Source: Naegleria gruberi
Lineage: Eukaryota
Reading direction: 5' to 3' (one strand)
NCBI GenBank assembly: GCA_000004985.1
Contig: GG738888.1
DNA: 64,000 nt
The notes under the pieces were generated by a model, which worked only from the letters and a program-made list of their open reading frames with translations, made no database searches and was not told where the DNA came from. The first letter of the stretch is position 1. The number at the start of each line of letters is the position of its first letter. Positions 30,601-40,392 of this stretch are shown here, piece after piece. The position numbers were made by a program, and so were the translations under genes.

Positions 30601-31938
30601 TCCGTGATTTTCCTTATCAAGTTGATTTTGAACTTCTTCCAATCTCTTACGAGTATTTTGAATTTCATTCTTGAGTTCAGGAATAATACTGAGATCCTTC
30701 TTCAATTCAGAAACCAAAGTTTCTTCAACGTTCAATTCAGTGACTCTATCTTGCAAAGAGAGAATATTGTTTTGAAGTTGGCTGAGGGTTGAACCTTGTT
30801 CTTGCTTTTCCATTTCAAGTCTATCAATCTTTCTCTTCAGCTTGTCAATTTCAAGGTCCTTATCTTCAGAAACCTTTTGTCCCTTTTTGATTCTCATATC
30901 GGATTCATTAATTCTCTCAGTAAGCTCGGATCTAGTATTAAGAAGGATTTCAATTTGTTCTTGAAGCTTTTCAGCCAATTCCTTTTGACTCTTAGTCTTC
31001 TTATCTTGAAGCTCGTTTTGTTCTCTCAAAGAGATTGACAAATCTTGTAATTCTTTTTCGAGATTTGCTCTTTGATGTGCAGAAATCGCAATTTCTTCTC
31101 TTGATTGATCGAGTTCCTTCTTGAGTTGGGAAATTTCAACATCTCTCTTACCCTTTTCTTCAGTCAGAACTTGTTGAAGTTGAAGTAATTCTTCTCTCAA
31201 TTGCTTTTCAACACCCTTTTGTGTTGTAATACGATCATTAGCTTCTGATTCAAGTCTCTTCATTTCTTCTTCCTTACCTCTGGAACGTTCTCTTAGGATA
31301 CTAACTTCGTTTCTTAATTGTACAGTATCATCCCTATATTGAAGGAGATCATCGACTTGTCTTTGCAAATCATTAATAATTTTTTGTTTTTTCTGATTTT
31401 CAAACTTAATTTGTTGGACCTGGGTTAATTGTTGTCTTAAGAGTCTAACAGAATCATCGTCATCACCACCCTTCTCCATATTTAGTTTGCTCTTCTCTAA
31501 CAGCTTTTGGAATTCTCTAAATTCAGTTTCTTCATCTTGTATATCTTGTTGATATTGTTGATGTTGTTGCTGTTGTTGAAGCTCGGCCTCCTCGGAAAGT
31601 TTTCTATAGATCTTCTCACCAGTTGGGCTAAGGAATTTGGCAAAATCATCAGAAGGTTGTTCTCTCATAGAATCTCTAGGGTCTTCTTCTATCATTGATG
31701 ATGATGTTTGTCTTCTAGAAGTACTGTTTGATCTTCTTTTTGGAGTTTTATAATAAGAGTTTGAGCCTCTAATAGGAGATTCTTTAAGGGAAGTTGGGCT
31801 TGATACTGGGTCAATCATTCTTGATGATGCCTTAGTTGTGCTAATAGACATTGAACGATTATTAGTATTATTTGCGTTTGGAGTAAAACTCGTTCGCCTC
31901 TTAGGGGTTGATTCATACATGAAAGAGTCTTGATCCAT
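27697..31938 (-). CDS. Large coiled-coil protein (1413 aa), S/T-rich ends
   Basis: A single uninterrupted ORF with almost continuous heptad coiled coil (E/K/L/Q-rich) between Ser/Thr/Asn-rich N- and C-terminal segments. No motor or catalytic domain is recognisable. Confidence 0.6.
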   Translation of the reverse strand: MDQDSFMYESTPKRRTSFTPNANNTNNRSMSISTTKASSRMIDPVSSPTSLKESPIRGSNSYYKTPKRRSNSTSRRQTSSSMIEEDPRDSMREQPSDDFAKFLSPTGEKIYRKLSEEAELQQQQQHQQYQQDIQDEETEFREFQKLLEKSKLNMEKGGDDDDSVRLLRQQLTQVQQIKFENQKKQKIINDLQRQVDDLLQYRDDTVQLRNEVSILRERSRGKEEEMKRLESEANDRITTQKGVEKQLREELLQLQQVLTEEKGKRDVEISQLKKELDQSREEIAISAHQRANLEKELQDLSISLREQNELQDKKTKSQKELAEKLQEQIEILLNTRSELTERINESDMRIKKGQKVSEDKDLEIDKLKRKIDRLEMEKQEQGSTLSQLQNNILSLQDRVTELNVEETLVSELKKDLSIIPELKNEIQNTRKRLEEVQNQLDKENHGKQLVTEELRKMNEINDNLEAYIADLKDENDQLKDRLDELSKVKAENDFLQRELSHYKDTSERITEQYNSAVSQRDLKESEVGSAHGSLASDFYAMMKTVEHVLEGHEYSRNEDDSQLNKKALEAVKPNYKALKSKVLDALDDLIVSRDKCKILQDELDGLSSNFQNLNHDHSDTYKELINLKKQLSDGEKVNRALKEQKQELEDSVNELEELLDSHQEEEKNRLRYVYSLYKMLKDTPTNDRRNGSPLRGRPQGSDSDEPISWETFQSLFSEQVTAHLVERESLKKEAAAQKEKIADLNARLEEANKTMKANMEKYESERSELEKNYQGEIDEQRSKFEHQIEMLEIDYTEKVKELEEALRETQEQLSDTTGKLKKSTMIVEVLKTELRDSQIDQNKLHNGLKLLARGIRPMKDRIDDLKMHKVVLKSQLRQYERLLKGVYETVKSLSTEFEVVSEFEFPREYSSEKPKTSFRAAVLAVIIGNRFNKLLLQKREEKEGSTLYYTVGGDRLGLLAPEAINDNRELQIPMDEYKGSIHAYLQLVGQLDNEFDEPREDLSLMRSLHDGLQATINRQLITGYKYNGNDSFSTPIKKQLKTIVHSSPQKRGLSVVQQTTVGVVKSLRELKSEKGSLQKKCVQLTEEVERVSKRAEEMEEIIKKKSELVSFMENRINDLEEENLNLIEPEKFDMLKKEVEKLRSNYTTVQFEKEQFKQEFESQLSQLNQYRSDLQELQDQLSEKTQKLDSASRELELKRDECSKLFNTSKKTSEMLSELEREKSKYENMVSDLRQKLFKKPKDASIFSDSDSLTNTSISSTNTTSKYTSGFASKPTLNTTLQKEEQTPKATPSAYSSISKTPTSAFGSVKKKVERDLSASHKIMKTLNESNAKTSREVQELDKELKNARAHLAELQNSLSMSTSSPARKITSPGRPNKRMTVEEILNRSTEFDYDPYEDLGSSSRSKSKYSNY

Positions 31939-32094
31939 CCTAGTTAATATGTAATGGTATTTTTTTGAATAATTTTGTGAAACGACTATCGTTTTTGGCG
32001 CAAATTAAATCTGTAAAGATTTTTCGTAGTTTTTACAATATTAAACGGTTTCAGCCAGTCGGATTCGATGGGACATCATAAGGCATTAAGTTAT

Positions 32095-35000
32095 TTATTT
32101 CTTCTTCTTCATCGACTGCTTAACCTTCTTTGTGGATGGTCCATCATCGTTGGTAATATCCTCTGATTGGCCCTTTTTACGTTTGTTAGAAGCGCCATTC
32201 TTCTTGTCAGTGAGTGTTGTTTTTTCATCTCTTGTAGTAGTTCTTTGATTGTTATTGTTGTTTGTTGTTGTTGTTGGAGTAACAATAGATGGAGGTTGAA
32301 TTTCGGTTGAGAAAGGCGCTAAAGGAGACTCTTGATTTACTTCAACCTTGGAAATAATACCTTCTCCCATTGTCTTTATCTCGAACATGAGTTGAGGAAT
32401 GTTCAATTCCAACATTAATCCTGACTTTTTCTTATCAGTACCAGTTGTACTATTGGCAACATTTGGTGCTGGCTTCATACAATAGGTATTACTGATTGAA
32501 GATTGTTTGGCGGAGAGAACTTCTGGATTAATGGCCATAGTAATCATTGTATTATTGCAATCCTTAAAGATGAGGCCAAAACGAGAGAATCTTTGTTTAA
32601 GGTCACTGTAGAGTAAATCATAAGGATTGAATCCTGTTGGTAATTTTCTATCAATATTTTGTTTGAGGTGAATGATTAAATCATAACTATCCATGTCAGT
32701 GGATACAAACAGTGATGGCAATTCAGTGTTTGAGGTTTGTAAATATTCAATAAGCTCAATTTCAGTGTTCATGGCGAATTGAATCATTCTGTGAACAATG
32801 ATAGCTGGTGGATTCTTTCTGGTCCAAACATAATCCATATTGTAGGAGGCAACAATGTACATGCTTGGCTTTTCATCTAAATCTTCATAGGTATTCAAAC
32901 ACTTGGCAAATTCTTTTTGTACATTTTCTTCATCTTCTGTTGAAGTATTTACAAAGAGTGGAGTATCAAACCAGGAGTGAGTACAAATCAAATTCAAAAA
33001 TCTAAAGAATCCGCAAATGGCAGTCTTTGGTGCACGATATGGTGAATTTGGATCTGTAAAAATGTGCATACACATCAATTCAACAACTGCATCCTCAAGA
33101 TAATCAGACATAAAGTGAGTATTGACCCATGATTTGGCAAGTCTAACTGTTTCAGAATATTCCTTATGGTTACTCTTAAAGATACCAGAGTATTTGTAGT
33201 GCAATGGCAAAACTGTAAGAGTCTTTTCCAATTCGTGAACATTTGGATTGAGAGCTTGACCAGATCTCTTAATAATATTAATTTCCTTTGAGACAAAGAT
33301 AACAACACGGAAAGTGAATCCTTCACAAACAATATCAATCCATCTTCTTGTTGGAACTGTCTTCATTTGCAAAGTTTCACTATATTTCAAATAAATTAAT
33401 TGTTTCAATCTGTCCAAAGCTTCGACATCATCTGGCCATCTAGCATTACTTCTGAATTGCAAAACTGTCAAAATTGGAGAACTAACACTTGGAGAAGAAA
33501 CAGAGACATTGTAATATTCTGGTGAAATAACAGAAATATTTTCAACAACCAAGTTGATATCTGTTTCCATTATAATTTCCTCGAGTCTACTAAAAGCATG
33601 AGTTACCTTTGCATTAATTTCCTCAGATTCCTTCTTATTGGTCTTCAAAATGGAGTAAACATCTGAAGCAGAAACTGTACATTCAATATTCTTATCGAGA
33701 TGTTTTTGTAAAATGTAACTACAAACACTTTCTAAAAGCTTGACAGAACATTCCGTATCCTTGATGGTCCATTCAGTACAAACATGGAGAGTACCATTAA
33801 AGTCCTTAGTGGTTGTCTTTTTTCCCCAGAAGGTTTTAAATTCTTCAGTCTTTTCCTTGTTGAGTGGAGAAGGACCAACAGTGACTGGTTCAAACCATTT
33901 CTTCTTTAAAATAAGACCAACAAAAACTGTATCATCATTGCTTTCAACAATTCTCAAATATTTAACTCTTTCATCGAGAGCCTGTACGAGAGTGCTTGAA
34001 ATGAGTTGAGATGTTGACTTTTCACCGTCATTCTTGAATGAAGTTGGAATCTTGACTGACAAGATTGCATCAAACTTGTACCAAAAGTTGTGCTTGGTCA
34101 AGAAAAGTAATTCAACACCTTGGGTACTCTTTTCGTCTTTCATGTAGGCGAGAGTATTGTTGGCTTCAGATTGAATTTCTCTCCAAGCATTCTTAGTAAC
34201 TCTGTTGAAAATATTGAAATCACCATCAGCATCAAGCAAAACCAAATCAAAGGCCTTTGTAAAAACAGGATCGACTGGCTTACCAGAAAGAGACAAACCC
34301 TTGGCAATAGAGTCATCTGATTTAACAATCCAATTCATAAATAACTTGATCATTTGGAAGGAACTCATTGTCTTGTTAATCTTTCTGATGGAGAGCAAAT
34401 AATTTACCAGCATTGAAATTAAAAATCCGTTCAAACTATCATCAGATTGATAAATATTTCTATTTCTTGCCCAAACACGCAATAAAATTGCTGTCTCTAC
34501 CAAAACTGGGCAATCCTTCATTTCCTTGTGCAGTATTTCCAAATGTTTTTGATAATATTGATCCTCAGCAATTCTATGGTATTCCACAATTCCTTCTGGC
34601 TTCAAATGTTTGCCAAAGATAGTGTTTTCTATTGACGGTATAATTCTAATCTTGAAAGCATTCTTTCCAACTTTAAAGTTGATAGAAATTATTGGTTTCC
34701 AAAGATCTCCTCTGAATGGTACAATTTCCAAGTTTTCAAATAATTCGTTAGATTTAATATTTTCTGCAATAGCACAGAGATAGTAAGCTCTCTTCTCGAA
34801 GTATGTTTTTCCGTAATCTTTTGATGAAATATAATTCTAAATGGCTGTTATAACGATAAATTCTAATACTATCTCCTTACCTTTGGCATGACTACAGAAA
34901 TATCAATATTCTTATATGGTTTAGCAATAGTTCTCAACAAATAAGAACCAACAATTGCAATATTTTGAGGTGCGTTACATTGCAACTTTTGGACCTTATC

Positions 35001-35518
35001 TGAAATTTTGATAAACTTTGAAGGATAAATTTCACTAAGATTTTTAACCTTATATGATGAAATTGTATCGAAAATTTCCTTCAAACCTCTTAAACCATCT
35101 TCAATTTTAGTGCACTTCTTCCAATCAACTGATGCCTTTTTCAAAACTTCAGCAAACTATAATCTATAAGTAATTAATTCCGAATCACACTTACAGAAAA
35201 ACGAAAGAGTGGAGACTGAAACAAATTTTTGGTATCTGTCAAATTTCTAATTTCCTCCTGTGTGAAATGACTTCTCTTTTCTTGTTTTTTGTCATCAATA
35301 ACATATTCATCTCCCATCTGTTCTCTCATAATTCTAATTTTTTCCTCATCTGTTAAACCAGAATCTTCCCCTCCAAATTCTTCATCCAACATTTCAGCTG
35401 GTTTAAATCCATCATCGTCATCTTGTGTTACTTGTTCTTCTTCAACAACATCCTCTTCAATGTTTGTTTCTTCCTCTTCGTCCTTTGTTCCGAGAGATGA
35501 TAAATAATCGTCAGACAT
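32095..35518 (-). CDS. Nucleolar protein 6 (NOL6/Nrap/Utp22) homologue, 3 exons
   Basis: Minus-strand exons are ~35518-35195, ~35156-34881 and ~34763-32095, with introns of ~38 and ~117 nt and GTAAGT/GTAAGG donors. The N-terminus is acidic. A nucleotidyltransferase-like segment ...IAIVGSYLLRTIAKPYKNIDISVVMP... is followed by the long Nrap body (...LLRVWARNRNIY...), and the C-terminus is basic. Confidence 0.55.
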
Positions 35519-35719
35519 TTTCTTCCACTTATTTTTTTAAAATCAAATTTTCGAAATTTTTATTGAACAAGCCTTTTAATTTGATATTCAAACAATTGGA
35601 TAATTAAAATTGAGGACCTTCAATAAGAAAACGTTAAGTTAGACGTCTCTTATCATAAAAGGAGTTTTGATATAACAATTTTCTCAAGTTTCCTTTGTAA
35701 TTGAACCACACATTGTTTC

Positions 35720-37894
35720 TTGCTCAGGAATTCTTCTTGTTCAATATTTTTAGCTCCTGCCGTTAATGAAAAAATGAATGAAATCTTCTCTTCATCACGA
35801 TCAGGTGTTTACCACACAACCAACAAGAAGAAGGGACTGATGAATTCATCATCAACATCCTCAACTCATCACACAACAAGATGGCTCATATCTTCATTGC
35901 TATACTTGTTGATGTTCATTATTTTGTATAGAGTCAATGCTATGACACCCCAACAACAACAACAAACAATTCCTATCCACAACAATCTAAATGATAATAC
36001 TACACCATCTTCTTCGGATTCAATGTCCACTTCTACATCATATGACTACTTACAACATACACTCTCGAAGGAAAATGTAGCAGTTGTAGCAACAACATTG
36101 GCCACTCTAGCCTATGGATACAACAAACGTTTTGCTGATCAGACAGGAAGACTTTGGGATGGTCTTCAATCCTTTGTTTCTACTTCTTCCAAGTTAGCAA
36201 GTGATAGTGGTGTTGGTCCGGATGCTGCCTTTATTCAGAACAAGGAGTTTCTTGTTGGAAAGGCACAATTCGTGAAGAGTATTCTGGAGAAGAAGATTCA
36301 TCTATTGTTCTCGTGGAAAAACATGTTTACAGTGACCAAATGGGCTGTTATTGCAACTTCATCTGCTCAGACTGTCAAACTTGTTTATGAATTGTGGATT
36401 TATGAAGACATCTTTCAACATGCTGGGGAAACTTTACATAACTTTAAACATGATCAGAGGGAAATTTATGATCGGTTGAACGAACTCATTGATGTTTTGG
36501 AACAAATGTCCAATCTTGTTGTTACACAGGAAAGGTTTATTCCTTCATCATCGACTCCTTCAAAGTTATTTACAAGGTTGGGAGAGGCTACTAAATTAGA
36601 TGAAAGCTTTGAAAAGAATTTCATTAAATTGACCAAAAAGTTTACCAAGATTCAAGCCACTCTCCAAAAGGACATTGAAGGAATGCAAGCACAAATGGAA
36701 GAATTGAAGAGTAAGGTTCAGCAAGACTCTGCATTCTTTAAGAAGAGACAAGAGAAATCACTTACTAATACTTTTGTTGGAGCTTCTTGTTTGGCATTAA
36801 GTGTTGGAGCTTCTTTATTGTTCCCTCCAGCAGCACCTGCAATTCTTGCTTCACATGCTGGTGGTATTATCAGTTTATCAGTAGCTGGTATCAATTATGG
36901 TCTCTACTATTATTCAAACTCAAAGAAGGATAAGGCAGAATATAGATTGAAAGAAGTAGTAAAATTGCAAGAGCAAATTGGAAGTATTCGAAACCAATCA
37001 ATGGAATATTTGAATCATTATGAAGCTCAAAAGGCAGAAATTGTCAAATATATGAAGAAGTTGAGATCTGAGGACAAGAAGAAGAAATCCTTGTCGACAC
37101 TTTTACTACCAGCTATGCATGATTTCAACCCACTGGAGACTGAAAACTTGGAGCAACGACTTTGGAATATTGTGGGAATATACCAAGCAAATACTCTCCT
37201 GTTATGGTATCACTCTTTCCATTTCATTTTCCTAATGATGACACTTTTCACATTTGCCAAAAATGGGTTGAATATGTCAGCCAAGACATTGGTTGTATTG
37301 TTCTTCTATTGCGCTATCCTCCTCACCCTAGATATGGCTTACGATTTTAAAGAGAGCCGACAAACAACCTTAGATATCCATTTAGATACTTCCATTCTTT
37401 TTATTAAGGTTACTAAGCAAACATACGAGGAAAGATATAGGCATGAATGTATTTGGTATGAGCTTCCAGTCAGAAAACAATTAGAATTGGATTTAAAATC
37501 ATTGGTTCTTAAATTTGTTCCAGGATATTCAGATGTGGCAGATAGTCTTACTGCCACCAATGCCAGTGGTCATTTAATTCACAGCTCTAAATGTCTTCAC
37601 TACAAACAAGTTATGGAAAGTAATGATGATAGTGTGACCTCTAATTTGATTCAAACCAGTACTCATTCAATTGTTGGTGTTGATGTTAAACAAATCAACA
37701 ATCCATCAGAGATGTCCGGCAGTACATATTTTGATTTCATAAGCTCTGTATTTTTCAGACTAATCCGAACAGCAGCTGACTGTTGTGAAATTGTTTATGA
37801 AAGGACATCAATTGGTGCCAAGCTTTGCTTGGGAATGGCGCTAGCTTCCGTTCTATTTATTATTGCAAAGAGGATTGTTTGTTGTGGCTTGTAA
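35720..37894 (+). CDS. Hypothetical multi-pass membrane protein with coiled-coil segment (724 aa)
   Basis: Single ORF with an N-terminal signal anchor, a long helical/coiled segment, a hydrophobic hairpin (SCLALSVGASLLFPPAAPAILASHAGGIISLSVAGINYGLYYY), and further TM helices including a C-terminal one. No family was recognised. Confidence 0.5.
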   Translation: MLRNSSCSIFLAPAVNEKMNEIFSSSRSGVYHTTNKKKGLMNSSSTSSTHHTTRWLISSLLYLLMFIILYRVNAMTPQQQQQTIPIHNNLNDNTTPSSSDSMSTSTSYDYLQHTLSKENVAVVATTLATLAYGYNKRFADQTGRLWDGLQSFVSTSSKLASDSGVGPDAAFIQNKEFLVGKAQFVKSILEKKIHLLFSWKNMFTVTKWAVIATSSAQTVKLVYELWIYEDIFQHAGETLHNFKHDQREIYDRLNELIDVLEQMSNLVVTQERFIPSSSTPSKLFTRLGEATKLDESFEKNFIKLTKKFTKIQATLQKDIEGMQAQMEELKSKVQQDSAFFKKRQEKSLTNTFVGASCLALSVGASLLFPPAAPAILASHAGGIISLSVAGINYGLYYYSNSKKDKAEYRLKEVVKLQEQIGSIRNQSMEYLNHYEAQKAEIVKYMKKLRSEDKKKKSLSTLLLPAMHDFNPLETENLEQRLWNIVGIYQANTLLLWYHSFHFIFLMMTLFTFAKNGLNMSAKTLVVLFFYCAILLTLDMAYDFKESRQTTLDIHLDTSILFIKVTKQTYEERYRHECIWYELPVRKQLELDLKSLVLKFVPGYSDVADSLTATNASGHLIHSSKCLHYKQVMESNDDSVTSNLIQTSTHSIVGVDVKQINNPSEMSGSTYFDFISSVFFRLIRTAADCCEIVYERTSIGAKLCLGMALASVLFIIAKRIVCCGL

Positions 37895-37935
37895 ATAAAA
37901 ATTATGTTTTATACTATGTACAATTTTATTCTTCT

Positions 37936-38148
37936 CTAGTTTTTCGTTGTTGATGTTGATGTTAATTGTTTTTGTTTTTCCTTTTCAGCAAACTTTTTCA
38001 CACACTCATTGTAGTTCCTCATTTCATCCTCACATTGATTTTGATTGAAATTATTCTTTGCTAAACATCCTTGAATTTTACATGCCAAAGTATGACAAGG
38101 ATCGTCACTTGATTTATCTATATTCCACATTCCGACAGTATTTTTCAT
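37936..38148 (-). CDS. Twin Cx9C (CHCH) protein, CMC4/MTCP1-p8-like
   Basis: 70 aa. Two Cx9C pairs, CHTLACKIQGC and CEDEMRNYNEC, are spaced as in the mitochondrial IMS proteins Cmc4/p8 (C...AC.IQ.CL..N.......C). Confidence 0.6.
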   Translation of the reverse strand: MKNTVGMWNIDKSSDDPCHTLACKIQGCLAKNNFNQNQCEDEMRNYNECVKKFAEKEKQKQLTSTSTTKN

Positions 38149-39864
38149 GTCACCACATTATAAATCGATGAAGACAACCAACCTCTATTAATTGCAGTGT
38201 TTCCCATTTTTTTAATTTATTATTAATTATTATCATCCCGAATAACTTGTTTGGTCCGTGTTTTGGTCGTTTTGGTGTAAATTTTTCATTCTGGCCACCA
38301 ACTTTGATCGATTTTTAATTTTAAATTCAGAGAAAGAATGGGACCATACTGTTCTTAATGGTTATCAAGCTATGAAATCAGATGTTATTTACACATAAAC
38401 AGCTGTCAACCCGACTGCTATTATCATCATAAGGTGATGATTCATCAATAAGCTTCTTATTCGATCCATCTTCATCTACCTCATTGCGATCATCAGTATG
38501 AGTGAGTGGATCTTAGCGCCTTATTTCAAAGCCTAAAAAAATGGGGAAAACACCAACACAAAGGAACGCTCCATACGTTTGAAAATGGAGGATGATTTGA
38601 TTGAGAGAGCTTGATTCTGATCCTCGGAATCAGATGATGAGGAGCAATTCATAATGGATCAGCAAGAAGAGGAAGTAATTCGACATTACTCGGTGAGTTG
38701 TTTGATGATAACGGAGGTTTTGATCGAGCTTTTGGATCCATTCCTAATTTTCATATCAGCATGATAATGATGAAAGTCTAAACAAGCCTGTTCATTACAT
38801 GAAGGAGACGGACCAAATGCAAGTGCTGGACCTAATCAACAAGCATGTACGTATATCTTTAATGTATCATTCAACTGTATCAGTGTTTACACTCAAAGGG
38901 TAAGATCGTTCACACCATGTTGGATGGCTCTTGTTATGGAGAAAACTCTCCACTCCAATAACATTGTTCAACTCGCAAACAATAGGTATGTTTTCTATTC
39001 ATTATAATTTATTCATCAAGAATTGACATAACGGAATTCATTAGTTGGTATTCATTGATATTAATTCATTCATATTTCAGGTAAGTTTAATGTATTTGAT
39101 TCATATGTAAACAAACTGGTCACGTAAAATATTTATTCATGTAGGAATAGTGTTGGCCAATGACAGCCACTCCATTTCTCCTAATGAAGTGCTTGGTCCT
39201 GCTGTGCTTGTCAAGGATATCAATGAAAAGCTTATTGTTAGACCCTTACTTAAATGTCATGCAATGCTATTGAGATGATTTTCTTCTAGTAAGTTACTTT
39301 AATAGATAGTTGAAATCTGATACTTGTTGATGTACTATAATTGTAATACCTATCATCTTGAATTTATTTAAATGCAGAGTTATCATGCTCCTTTGTTGAA
39401 ATCTTGAATGTAATCTTGACTTGGAGAAATTTCTCTAAGTCAGGACATTGTGAAATAATAAACTTATTAATTTATTAAAAAACTTTGGTCCAATAATTTA
39501 ATTTTGAAAATTAGGTACCAAATTTTGGTCAATTTTAAAATTTAAGCCTTGCCACCTAATCTGTACAGCGATGAAAATTTAAAAACGACCAAAAGTGGTC
39601 AGCAAAATTGAAAATCAATAGAGCAAACTCCATTAAAAATAATGTCATTTTGCACCAATTTATGGTACCACAGCAACTCATTCGGGATGAGTTAATCAAA
39701 TGAAAAATTAAAGAGGTTGTGATTTTGACTCAAATTATCAATATTTCGAATTGTGTTGGCATAATCTCAGCTTTATCATCTTTGGTTTATCAGAATATTT
39801 TATAGAATTGATTTACTAAACAAGGGTTGAACTGATTCATATTTCACAATTTAAAATAATGTTT

Positions 39865-39982
39865 GGCTACGGCCATATCACGATGAATGCACCTCATCCC
39901 GTCCGATTTGAGAAGTTAAGCATCGTCGAGACACATCAGTACTGAGGTTGGAGACAACTTGGGAACCTGTGGTGCTGTAGTC
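39865..39982 (+). rRNA. 5S ribosomal RNA (copy 2)
   Basis: 118 nt. It is near-identical to copy 1 apart from two substitutions (position 2 is G instead of A; CGAGACACAT instead of CGAGCCACAT). It has the same helix I pairing and is followed by a T6 run. Confidence 0.8.
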
Positions 39983-39988
39983 TTTTTT
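39983..39988 (+). terminator. Pol III terminator T-run after 5S copy 2
   Basis: TTTTTT lies directly 3' of the 5S sequence. Confidence 0.5.
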
Positions 39989-40392
39989 ATTCAATTTTAT
40001 TATTTCGCTGTTGTGGATACAATTTAATTACTGAACCAACAATCAATAGATTCGTTGCCTTCACTGTTCATACAGTCAAAGACTGTAGCGGGATAGTCGA
40101 GGCTTCCCGTCTAATTATTAAGCGAAGATTTAATTAAAAAAAACATTACCTCTGAACAAGTCAAAATCTCCAACATAGAGACAACAATGAATACTAAAAA
40201 AGAAAACGACTAACCAATACCAATCTCAACAACAACTGTTCGCCTCCAGCTGGTTTTGGAAGTCTTATTAGCATTATTGGTATTATAATTATGGCAATAA
40301 CTCTCACCAAGCAATTGTCTAAATTATTTTTTTTGTTAACAATAATTATTCATGTTTCAATCCCAGAACTGACATTTAAAAATCTTTAAAAA

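Noticed and set aside
2489-39982. Extrachromosomal rDNA palindrome or segmental duplication spanning the two 5S copies
   Set aside because: Only the 118-nt 5S gene itself is shared. The flanking sequence is unrelated. The intervening 37 kb is ordinary single-copy Pol II genes with no 18S/28S rRNA.
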